From the IMG/VR virus record IMGVR_UViG_2627853910_000001: a DNA stretch of 46,177 nt, one strand, 5' to 3'. The first letter of the stretch is position 1. Each line of letters starts with the position of its first letter. Shown one piece after another: positions 38,833-46,177 of the stretch. The DNA comes from a virus (Duplodnaviria > Heunggongvirae > Uroviricota > Caudoviricetes). A program made the translations under genes and the position numbers. Below the pieces are notes generated by a model. It worked only from the letters and a program-made list of their open reading frames with translations. It searched no databases and was not told where the DNA came from.

Positions 38833-38847
38833 ACCACATTATGTGGT
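38833..38847. promoter_or_regulatory. Perfect operator palindrome ACCACATTATGTGGT overlapping TTGACA upstream of 38883 gene
   Basis: Palindrome ends inside the TTGACA hexamer at 38849-38854. Confidence 0.45.
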
Positions 38848-38882
38848 TTTGACAACATGTAAAAGTATAAAAGAGGCTACGC

Positions 38883-39257
38883 ATGGAATTACATACAGCC
38901 AATAAAAATGAAACTCTGATCACTGCTGGAATCGAAATCCAAGCGTTGAACATAGCGATTGAGTGTATGTTATGCCAAATCATTGATAATGAGAAAGATA
39001 TCGACTGGATAGAATCTATCCTTCATCTGGCATCAGAACAAAAAGTCTGCCTCAAAACGGCCTTGCAATACGATGTGCCAGCGGTATCGAAGCTGTGCCA
39101 GCCATTGATGGCATATAACAGGGCTATTATTTCTGTATGCCTCATGATTCTTGATGAAAACACTCCTCTTAGCGACCGCTCAGAAGCTGCTCTAACCCTC
39201 TCACGTAAACAGCGACAGCTAGCAAATCAACTGATATCAACGATAGCTGACCTCTGA
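38883..39257 (+). CDS. Hypothetical protein downstream of repressor
   Basis: 124-aa ORF with AAGAGG RBS. Confidence 0.4.
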   Translation: MELHTANKNETLITAGIEIQALNIAIECMLCQIIDNEKDIDWIESILHLASEQKVCLKTALQYDVPAVSKLCQPLMAYNRAIISVCLMILDENTPLSDRSEAALTLSRKQRQLANQLISTIADL

Positions 39258-39283
39258 CTGCAAGCGGGCTAACGCCCGCTTAT

Positions 39284-39392
39284 ATGATTATAGATTTATA
39301 TAATTATATAAAACGCTTTCCATCCGCCAAAAAGTTGGTTATGCTTACCTCGTTCTATAAATATAGATTTATAGAATTATATAACCAAACAC
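39284..39392 (+). promoter_or_regulatory. AT-rich iterons upstream of parA (candidate centromere/operator)
   Basis: ATTATAGATTTATATA at 39287-39302 and variant at 39362-39377. Confidence 0.45.
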
Positions 39393-39407
39393 ATGGAGTC
39401 TCGACAA

Positions 39408-40061
39408 ATGACTATCTCTGTAGGTATTTTCAACGGAAAAGGCGGCGTAACCAAATCAACAATTGCCCGTGCTTTAGCAGTTGCTTATGCAAAGGCTGGC
39501 TGGAATGTATGCCTGATCGATATGGATGTGCTTAACGGAACGGTAACGCGTTGGGTACAACGCAGAATGGCCAACAATATCGAACCAGCAATCGCGGCGC
39601 AGCCGTGCGGCACACCATCACAAGTCCAGAAAATCATCGAATCAGAAGTATACGACCTGGTTATCGTTGATGGCGGTGCCTACGCATCTGAATCAGTACC
39701 GAAGCTATCTGAATTTCTGGATATGGTTATTTTGCCAACCCGATTCTCTACCGATGACCTGGAAACCACCGTTAACACTGCTCACGGCATCGTTAAAAAG
39801 GGTGTGCCAATCAAGAAAATTTGCATGGTGTTTTCCGGCGCGGCTGAAAATGAAGCTGACTATATTGAAGCCCAAGAGTACCTGGCTAATACGCCATACT
39901 TTGTTGTCGATAAGTACATTCCCCACAAGCCAGCTCTGAGCAAAGCTCAGGATAAGGGCTTAAGCCTCATTGAATGCTCATACGTTGCGCCACGCAAAAA
40001 GGCAGACGACGTTATTCAGGGGATTATCAACCAGCTTGAGGCTCTGACTACTGCCGCGTAA
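39408..40061 (+). CDS. parA: ParA-family partition ATPase
   Basis: Deviant Walker A GKGGVTKST; start set at ATG with GGAG RBS (track ORF begins 39393). Confidence 0.8.
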   Translation: MTISVGIFNGKGGVTKSTIARALAVAYAKAGWNVCLIDMDVLNGTVTRWVQRRMANNIEPAIAAQPCGTPSQVQKIIESEVYDLVIVDGGAYASESVPKLSEFLDMVILPTRFSTDDLETTVNTAHGIVKKGVPIKKICMVFSGAAENEADYIEAQEYLANTPYFVVDKYIPHKPALSKAQDKGLSLIECSYVAPRKKADDVIQGIINQLEALTTAA

Positions 40062-40104
40062 TATATAATTATAGTTTTATAGATTTATATAAGAGGGGAT
40101 ACAC

Positions 40105-40353
40105 ATGGCCGCACCATCAAAACCACCAAAGAAGAACAGCAAAGGCGTACCGCCATCGATCGAACAACCGCAGGTTTTCGACCCGACTGAAACGCCAACC
40201 AGAACCAAATCAGGTGGGGCACAAATGGCGTTTAACGTCGACCCTGAATTTAAACGCGAGTACAAAACGTTCGCCAGTTCAATGGATATGTCATTGAAAG
40301 AAGTGCTGACAAAATCTTTTGAGTTACTCAAGGCTCAATACAACCAGAAGTAA
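40105..40353 (+). CDS. Small partition partner, ParG/RHH-like centromere-binding protein candidate
   Basis: 82 aa directly after parA; disordered basic N-terminus then helical C-terminus; iteron TATAGATTTATATA immediately upstream. Confidence 0.5.
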   Translation: MAAPSKPPKKNSKGVPPSIEQPQVFDPTETPTRTKSGGAQMAFNVDPEFKREYKTFASSMDMSLKEVLTKSFELLKAQYNQK

Positions 40354-40382
40354 GAGAAGGTGACGGCCTCCAGCGCCAACTG

Positions 40383-40565
40383 TTGGCCGTCGCGACACAA
40401 CAAGGGGAATTTGTTATGTCCGAACAACAATATACACGGTTACTAAAAACTCGTCTAATAGACCTCAAGCGACTCAAAGCTGGGCGTTTATTTGCCTTGC
40501 TATCAACCAGGCCAGAATGGGTACGTGAAGCAGTTCTGAAAGGTTTAATGCGTTCCAGCGTTTAA
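40383..40565 (+). CDS. Hypothetical small protein
   Basis: 60-aa ORF; start uncertain. Confidence 0.25.
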   Translation: MAVATQQGEFVMSEQQYTRLLKTRLIDLKRLKAGRLFALLSTRPEWVREAVLKGLMRSSV

Positions 40566-40750
40566 ATGTAGCCATAAAAAAGGCGGGCAACCAACCCGCC
40601 TCATTAGAGGTCAACGTCTCTTAGAAACCATCAAATTCGTCATACCGCTTTTTCATATCAACCCCGTATTGAAATCGTAACCACATCTTGTGGCTCTTAC
40701 GGTATATAAGCTACTGCAATGGTAAACAGCTATCAAATGCAGGTTGCAGT

Positions 40751-40772
40751 AAAAAAGGCCCCCGAAGGGGCC
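40751..40772 (-). terminator. Terminator GGCCCC-GAA-GGGGCC with T-run on minus strand
   Basis: GC stem; A6 on plus strand upstream gives T6 after hairpin on minus. Confidence 0.5.
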
Positions 40773-40778
40773 TAATCG

Positions 40779-40901
40779 CTACTTGCTGCTAATGTTTATC
40801 GTCACATTCAGAGCGTTATCAGTAATCTTCCAACCCTCCCCATGTGGCGTAAACAAAGCTCCAGTAACAACGATAAAAATACACATACAGTATTTTTTCA
40901 T
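40779..40901 (-). CDS. Small hydrophobic peptide (40 aa), candidate type I toxin or small membrane protein
   Basis: MKKYCMCIFIVVTGALFTPHGEGWKITDNALNVTINISSK; terminator 7 nt downstream. Confidence 0.35.
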   Translation of the reverse strand: MKKYCMCIFIVVTGALFTPHGEGWKITDNALNVTINISSK

Positions 40902-40966
40902 TGTGTGGCCCTTACAGGCCGTTTCACGGCATCTCCACCGACGAAAATGACGCGAGAGCAAGCACT

Positions 40967-40983
40967 CCGCTTGTGCTTGCGTG
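40967..40983. repeat. 17-nt direct repeat CCGCTTGTGCTTGCGTG (copy 1, in putative 5-prime UTR of small ORF)
   Basis: Identical 17-mer at 41216-41232; copy 1 sits in an 8-bp hairpin. Confidence 0.7.
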
Positions 40984-41149
40984 TACGGCAAGTGGATGAT
41001 CCTTTCCTTAAAGTCGGTGCCCGGGTGCGAATCGGCGAAAAGGCCCCAAGCCATATTACACGTCCTCGCCTTCATAATGAAGGAATAACAATTGCTTTTA
41101 TTACATGTAATTACATCCGAAGAAGTTAAAAAACTTCATTCTGCATGAA

Positions 41150-41316
41150 CTAAGGAACTAAATTTCTTTATATGAATAGTGGACTATTCACCTCAGTTGA
41201 GTAAGAATAGATACGCCGCTTGTGCTTGCGTGGTTGTTTACACAACGACGTTATGCTGAAAGGACCGCGAATCCGATCAGCACAAAAGAACCGTCCTCAA
41301 TAGGGCGGTTTTTTTG
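41150..41316 (+). ncRNA. Candidate divergent antisense sRNA carrying the 17-nt repeat, ends at terminator 41289-41316
   Basis: 17-mer at 41216-41232 on plus strand; intrinsic terminator downstream; promoter not confidently located. Confidence 0.3.
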
Positions 41317-41334
41317 TTTCTGCCTACCAATAAA

Positions 41335-41349
41335 CCCACGCTATGTGGT
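41335..41349. promoter_or_regulatory. CI-operator-like site CCCACGCTATGTGGT upstream of antirepressor operon
   Basis: 14/15 match to operator at 37979-37993. Confidence 0.4.
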
Positions 41350-41552
41350 TGTCTCTGTTAAAATCCCGCCGTATTGACATGAATGCGCCATTGGTGGACA
41401 CTTTCCGAGCCGTAGCAAAATCTACGGCCGGGATTGGCGTCCCGATAATCATCATGGCGCATACCGCGTTAGCGGTTTTTTTATGCGTAAAGCACGGCTA
41501 CACCCGAATTATGGTGGGGCGTGCGGGGGAGCCGTAAGGCTCGCCGGGTATC

Positions 41553-41840
41553 ATGATGACCGGTTACGCCAACCCTGTACGTCTCACCACCTCACTGATT
41601 GGCGTCAGCGGTGGTGATTATTCCAATATCAAAACTGGAACTATCATCATGACAAACTTACCCCATGACTATTACGTCAACCTCGTAAAGATCCTTCTCA
41701 AGAAAGCCTCATACGCCGATAAATTCCGCCTGGCTGAAATCATCGAGCGCGAAGCTATGCGCATCGCCAGCAACGATAACGCTGTTTCTGACGCAAAAAT
41801 CTCCCTCGTAACCAAAGTAGTTATGGGAGGTGCAAAATGA
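41553..41840 (+). CDS. Hypothetical protein translationally coupled to antirepressor (icd-like position)
   Basis: Stop overlaps antirepressor ATG (ATGA). Confidence 0.4.
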   Translation: MMTGYANPVRLTTSLIGVSGGDYSNIKTGTIIMTNLPHDYYVNLVKILLKKASYADKFRLAEIIEREAMRIASNDNAVSDAKISLVTKVVMGGAK

Positions 41841-43012
41841 AAACGCTTCCGACCGTTAACACCCTACAACCTATCCTGCATAACCAGCTCCCCGTTATCA
41901 CTACTGAACTACTGGCAAAGCTATACGGCACAGACGTTGATAACATCAAAAAAAATTACTCACGTAACGCAAACCGCTTTATTGAAGGAAAGCATTTTTT
42001 CAAAGTGGCTGGCGATGAGTTAAAAACTTTGCGAGTGACTTTAAGTCACTCACAAAATTTGCGGGTAGCTTTAAACTACTCACAAAATACCATCTCCCCA
42101 AAAACCCGCACCCTCATCCTCTGGACAGAACGCGGGGCTGCACGTCACGCCAAAATGCTCGAAACCGATCAGGCGTGGGATGTATTCGAACGGCTGGAAG
42201 ACTGCTATTTCAACCAGAACGCGAAAACGGCAGCGACCGTAACCGTCTCGCCAAACAATGCTCGTGAGGTCGTCGATACGCTCAACGCCAAACCGATGTT
42301 TTACATTAAGGTGTGCAATAACGAGCCACTCACAACCTCAGCCGATGTTGCCCAGGCATTCAGCACCACAAACAATTCCATCGTTATGGCCATCGATGCG
42401 TTACGCATTCCTCGCACAGCTGCGGCACGTCATTTCTTTAAAGAGCAACGACCGCTGGAAGGAAGCGACCGCGAAATAACAATCTATCGCATGACAAAAG
42501 ACGGATTTACCTTGCTCATGGAAAGTATCGACGGTCCAGGCGTGAAGGATATCAAGCTGGCCTACATTGAAGCCTTTAACGCTATCAGCAGCGTGTTAAA
42601 AACACAGTACGAGCGCGATCTGGCTAAACGACTGTACCAGGAAAAAACGATTATCCGCGCGGCAACAGAGCATAATCGGCTATTAACGGAACCGAACTAC
42701 AGGAAGGAACTAATCAAGGAGTTTGACAAGGCAACAGGGAAAACCAAAGCGGCGCTAAATCTGCCAGCAATGACTCAGGAAAATGTGATATCAGCCTTAC
42801 TTCTTGATCTACTCAGAAACGCCAGAGCACTTATCAGCTTTGACGAAAACCTGAATCCTCAACTCAAGCTACTACCACCGACAGGCAAAGTAGTCGACCA
42901 GGCTGATCACAACAGCATACTCAGCGTACTGGATGCAAACCTGCCAACCAGGACACTACAGGATCTGATAAAAACATGTGCTGATAAGCTGGCACAGAAA
43001 AGCAGACCATAA
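41837..43012 (+). CDS. Antirepressor (ORF6N/Rha-like domains)
   Basis: N-terminal ITTELLAKLYGTDVDNIKKNYSRNANRF and central PMFYIKVCNNEPLTTSADVAQAF segments typical of phage antirepressors. Confidence 0.7.
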   Translation: MKTLPTVNTLQPILHNQLPVITTELLAKLYGTDVDNIKKNYSRNANRFIEGKHFFKVAGDELKTLRVTLSHSQNLRVALNYSQNTISPKTRTLILWTERGAARHAKMLETDQAWDVFERLEDCYFNQNAKTAATVTVSPNNAREVVDTLNAKPMFYIKVCNNEPLTTSADVAQAFSTTNNSIVMAIDALRIPRTAAARHFFKEQRPLEGSDREITIYRMTKDGFTLLMESIDGPGVKDIKLAYIEAFNAISSVLKTQYERDLAKRLYQEKTIIRAATEHNRLLTEPNYRKELIKEFDKATGKTKAALNLPAMTQENVISALLLDLLRNARALISFDENLNPQLKLLPPTGKVVDQADHNSILSVLDANLPTRTLQDLIKTCADKLAQKSRP

Positions 43013-43016
43013 CTAC

Positions 43017-43050
43017 AAGGGGCTACGGCCCCTTACTCTTTTCTCTCTTA
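43017..43050 (+). terminator. Terminator after antirepressor gene
   Basis: 7-bp stem followed by T-rich tract. Confidence 0.45.
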
Positions 43051-43750
43051 TCAACGCCAGAGACTTTCTGAAAATCCTTTCGAATAGCGTCAGCATCACG
43101 CGCCAAGCCCATACTGGAATGCGTCGCCATATGACGAAAATGATCAACTGCCGGAAACAAAGAAATAATGGACCCAATAGCTTGCAGCAAACTCGCTTTT
43201 CTACGCATCATAATTCCACCATAACCGATAACCACCCTTCAGACACAACCCCCCCTCCCCCCATACAGGGTGCCCTTTACCGGAGTTCCGGCCCCTTCTC
43301 AAAAGCATCAAAAAAAGCTCGAGATCGAGTACCGGAACTCATGCCACCAGATAGCTCCACATCGTTTCCAATGCTTCGCCGCCGTGTGCGCCCTGTGGCC
43401 CACAATCATGCCATTGGTCGTCTGATATACCTTCTTCTGCTCATAGAGCACAGGCGAGTTGTCGCACTCCTGCCTTTCTCAGACTCGACTTAGTTTAGAT
43501 CGTTGTTCCTGGCTTGCGTCAGCACACTTTCCCCTTGTACGCATACCCGCGCGCCACTTCGCCCAAAAACACCGAACCCAACGAAGTGGCAAAGACAACG
43601 ACGCGAGCGTGAGTCTGAAATGGGCACCAGTAAAAAAGGGGTTGCAGGCGCAAAAAGATTTGATTATCTTTAGACGCAAGAAAGCCGCCCCAATCAAGAG
43701 GTGTCTTTTTAAATCCAGCCTACCAAGCAAGATTTAAATTTCAGACTGAA

Positions 43751-43775
43751 AACCGCCCGGCAAGGCGGTTTTTGT
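43751..43775 (+). terminator. Rho-independent terminator (AACCGCC-CGGCAA-GGCGGTT, T5)
   Basis: 7-bp stem and TTTTT on plus strand. Confidence 0.55.
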
Positions 43776-43821
43776 CTTTCTGGCGCTTACATTACACCAC
43801 CATAAAACGATCCGTAAAGGA

Positions 43822-44094
43822 TCATTTGATCCCTTGTTCCAATTCTGACGACACTTTAACCTTTTCCCATACAAGGGTTTGCAGCCTTAACAGAATCGCA
43901 TCTTTATCAAGATGTGAAAGATCCTTAACCATATCGTCAAACGACAGAACGCGAATGGCCATCTCAATGACCCTCGGCGGCTCACCCTTCTCATATCGCT
44001 TATATGTAGCCAACGATATCCCAAACTCTTCGGCGGCTCGCTCCTGCGTCCAGTTCATCCCACGACGCCATAATTTCAATTCATAACCCGTCAT
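43822..44094 (-). CDS. XRE-family HTH transcriptional regulator
   Basis: HTH (MNWTQERAAEEFGISLATYKRYEKG); start at ATG with GGAGG RBS. Confidence 0.6.
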   Translation of the reverse strand: MTGYELKLWRRGMNWTQERAAEEFGISLATYKRYEKGEPPRVIEMAIRVLSFDDMVKDLSHLDKDAILLRLQTLVWEKVKVSSELEQGIK

Positions 44095-44122
44095 AGCATC
44101 CTCCGCGCACAATATTAACACT

Positions 44123-44149
44123 CACAAAGTGTCAAAATGACACTTTGTG
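44123..44149. promoter_or_regulatory. 27-bp perfect palindrome CACAAAGTGTCA-AAA-TGACACTTTGTG upstream of XRE regulator
   Basis: 12-bp arms with 3-bp spacer. Confidence 0.55.
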
Positions 44150-44157
44150 CATTGTGT

Positions 44158-44538
44158 TTACTTAACGAGAAATAAAAATGGTTTATTGTTCGGAGGTGTA
44201 ATCGGGGCTGGCTCGCTTTTGCTCATGCGATCAGTGTACCAGGCCAGCTCCTTGTCAAAGTAAGCCTGATTAAAATAGGCCATGAATGTAGTTTCAAATC
44301 CATAACGACCGCTAATACGCAGCATCTGATTGCCGTTCTCTGTTTCCAGATATACCTGGGCACGTTCCTGATTCTCCTTCAGCCAGGTTAAAGCCTCGTC
44401 GCACGAGGACACACGATACTCATCATCGTAGCCGTCATCGATGCGGCTTGAAGAAGAACGGCAAATCACGCCAACAGAACCAGCCAGGATAGTTTGAATT
44501 TTAAGGAAAGCGTTTTTGCGGATTTTAATCATGCTCAT
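44158..44538 (-). CDS. Hypothetical protein, first gene after repeated promoter cassette copy C
   Basis: 126-aa ORF; ATG immediately follows the repeat. Confidence 0.45.
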   Translation of the reverse strand: MSMIKIRKNAFLKIQTILAGSVGVICRSSSSRIDDGYDDEYRVSSCDEALTWLKENQERAQVYLETENGNQMLRISGRYGFETTFMAYFNQAYFDKELAWYTDRMSKSEPAPITPPNNKPFLFLVK

Positions 44539-44655
44539 CGGGTTATCTCCGGTTTAACCAGGGCGGGTATCGCTCGGTTTCGGGTATAACCCTAGGAAAT
44601 TTTTTCCCACCTGTAAAGCACTTTTTATATAAATCTATAATTATATAATTCTATG
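44539..44655 (-). repeat. Repeated promoter/leader cassette, copy C
   Basis: 116/117 identical to copy A. Confidence 0.85.
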
Positions 44656-44660
44656 AGCAC

Positions 44661-44686
44661 AAAAAAGCCCCTTTGCAACAGGGGCT
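44661..44686 (-). terminator. Terminator after HigA-like gene
   Basis: 7-bp stem followed by T6 on minus strand. Confidence 0.5.
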
Positions 44687-44701
44687 TATCATTCGTTCTG
44701 A

Positions 44702-45001
44702 TCAGATGTTAAACGCTATTCGTTTTCCTGTGGGAAGCTCAACATCCAGGCTTAATTTGCCTCCCATAGCTTCAACGTAACGCTTTAATGTCGCCAGCTT
44801 TAAATCATTTCCGCGCTGCTCCAGCTTTGTTACTGCTGGCTGACTAATACCCATCGCCTCAGCAACCTGTTTTTGTGATAACTGGAGTTCTTCACGCATC
44901 ATCTGCAAGCCGACCTCAAGAATCATCTCATCTGCCATTTCTTTAATTCGCGCCTGGCTTTCAGGTGAACGGCTGGCAATCACCTCATCTAATGTTCTCA
45001 T
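44702..45001 (-). CDS. HigA-like antitoxin (XRE HTH)
   Basis: HTH LSQKQVAEAMGISQPAVTKLEQ; follows and overlaps toxin gene. Confidence 0.65.
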   Translation of the reverse strand: MRTLDEVIASRSPESQARIKEMADEMILEVGLQMMREELQLSQKQVAEAMGISQPAVTKLEQRGNDLKLATLKRYVEAMGGKLSLDVELPTGKRIAFNI

Positions 45002-45354
45002 TACTTGCTCTCCAGTGTGTTCAGATGTGCTGCAAACTCATCCTCAGCTATACGCACCAGTTTTTTATAAAACCGCTTATCGTTACTTTTGTCTCCTGCA
45101 CAAAGAACGATAGCCCGGCGAATCGGATCGAACGCATAAAAGGCTCTTATCGGACGGCCAGAAAACTGAACGCGAAGCTCTTTCATATTTTTGTACCGAG
45201 AACCTTTTACGGTATCGGCATATGGCCTGGGTAACTCAGGTCCGTAAACCTGTAGATTTTTCAAATCAGCCAAAACCTTTTCCTGAAGAGCGTCTTCTTG
45301 CTCATTTAGCCAGTCGTCAAATCGCTGGCTAAAAAGTACCGTCCACATGATCAA
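45001..45354 (-). CDS. HigB-like toxin (RelE/ParE superfamily), toxin-first arrangement
   Basis: ~115 aa; upstream of and coupled to HTH antitoxin. Confidence 0.6.
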   Translation of the reverse strand: MIMWTVLFSQRFDDWLNEQEDALQEKVLADLKNLQVYGPELPRPYADTVKGSRYKNMKELRVQFSGRPIRAFYAFDPIRRAIVLCAGDKSNDKRFYKKLVRIAEDEFAAHLNTLESK

Positions 45355-45592
45355 CCCTATAACCTGTAGTTTATATCACTAACTATATAACCCGTAGGTT
45401 ATAATTTCAAGAAAAACGGGGCTATTTAACATAATGGACGTTATCGGCACCACCGGATCACCGTTCGTTGTCGGATCTAAAAAATCCGCTCAAAAGATCA
45501 TGTTTTCCTGGGCGTTTTCCACCGTTTTTTATGTTGCTTATTTGTTAATAAAATCTCGTTTCCAGTTTCGCCTCATTTTCGACACGAAAGCC

Positions 45593-45883
45593 CTATTTTT
45601 GTGACTTTACTCCTGGCATATGAACTTCCCAGCGTCGAATCCCCATAGCTGCGCAAAAATCAGCCACATAATTCAATCCCGCCCATTCGCGGATACCACC
45701 ACGGGCTTTTTCAATGAAAACGGCAATCCCTTTTTTATTGAGAGCAAAAAGCCGCCAGCTTTTTGTCACTTCGTCCTGGGTAGCCACAACACAAGTGAAA
45801 GCTCCCATGCGATACAGGTCCAAGAACTCTTTGCGTGTTTTGCGTACAAGTTCCATAACAAACCTCATATTTGCATGTTTCAA
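45593..45883 (-). CDS. Hypothetical protein
   Basis: 96-aa ORF overlapping upstream HTH gene stop. Confidence 0.3.
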   Translation of the reverse strand: MKHANMRFVMELVRKTRKEFLDLYRMGAFTCVVATQDEVTKSWRLFALNKKGIAVFIEKARGGIREWAGLNYVADFCAAMGIRRWEVHMPGVKSQK

Positions 45884-46173
45884 ACATCTGTTTTGTTATC
45901 AATGAAGATTAACCCTAACCCAGCGAAGTAACACAGCAGCGCCCAGGCTGCATACGGAATGCTGGATCTGGATGTGGACTCCTTTAACATCTGCCAGTTG
46001 CGAACATTGCGACTATCTTTTAAGCCAAGTTTTTTGGCCAACTGCGAGCCGCTCATTCCGGTCAGGCCAATGACTGCCCGAACTTCTCCACATGTAGGAG
46101 ATTCCCATTCATCCGCTTTTTTTAAACAAGCCGGATTCAACATTTTTAAAACAGTATCTTTATCCATAACCAT
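45880..46173 (-). CDS. HTH (XRE-like) protein with hydrophobic C-terminus
   Basis: HTH segment LTGMSGSQLAKKLGLKDSRNVRNWQ; start 4 nt from window edge. Confidence 0.4.
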   Translation of the reverse strand: MVMDKDTVLKMLNPACLKKADEWESPTCGEVRAVIGLTGMSGSQLAKKLGLKDSRNVRNWQMLKESTSRSSIPYAAWALLCYFAGLGLIFIDNKTDV

Positions 46174-46177
46174 CTCC

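Noticed and set aside
41343-41537. 64-aa plus-strand ORF upstream of the antirepressor operon
   Set aside because: Contains several stable stem-loops and a terminator-like hairpin with T7; more likely leader or small RNA than protein (tentative)
42978-43493. 171-aa plus-strand ORF overlapping the antirepressor 3-prime end
   Set aside because: Crosses the terminator hairpin, Pro-rich low-complexity translation, no RBS
30719-44655. Whether the three repeated ~110-bp elements are an IS, MITE or CRISPR-like array
   Set aside because: No terminal inverted repeats, no transposase, irregular kilobase-scale spacing, and each copy ends exactly at a start codon with an RBS; treated as promoter/leader cassettes

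Overview
This 46.2 kb window reads as most of a temperate phage-plasmid rather than an integrated prophage. All family assignments are from reading the ORF translations by eye; no database or HMM search was run. Left end: a plasmid-type replicon (IncFII-like RepA, DnaA box, candidate antisense RNA). Then a Hin/Gin/Pin/Cin-type invertase next to a ~3.1 kb invertible tail-fibre segment bounded by 25-26 bp gix-like inverted repeats. Then a long minus-strand late block: P2/Mu-like contractile tail, lambda-like head (gpE, gpD, Nu3, split gpC protease, portal, gpW, gpA terminase, Nu1-like small subunit), a ParB-fold/methyltransferase cluster, an accessory cassette, an MT-A70 methyltransferase, a tRNA with CAU anticodon, and a spanin/GH108 endolysin/holin lysis cassette. 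Right part: Q-like and nin-like early genes, a divergent Cro-like/CI-like switch with 15-bp operators, ParA plus a small RHH-like partner with AT-rich iterons, an antirepressor operon, an XRE regulator and a HigB/HigA-like pair. No integrase, att site or CRISPR array was seen. Most worth follow-up: a triplicated ~110 bp promoter/leader cassette (one copy right after the Q-like gene), CI-operator-like palindromes dispersed to the repA and antirepressor control regions, a candidate type I toxin/sRNA locus, the ParB-fold/methyltransferase cluster, and a homopolymer frameshift splitting the head protease gene.
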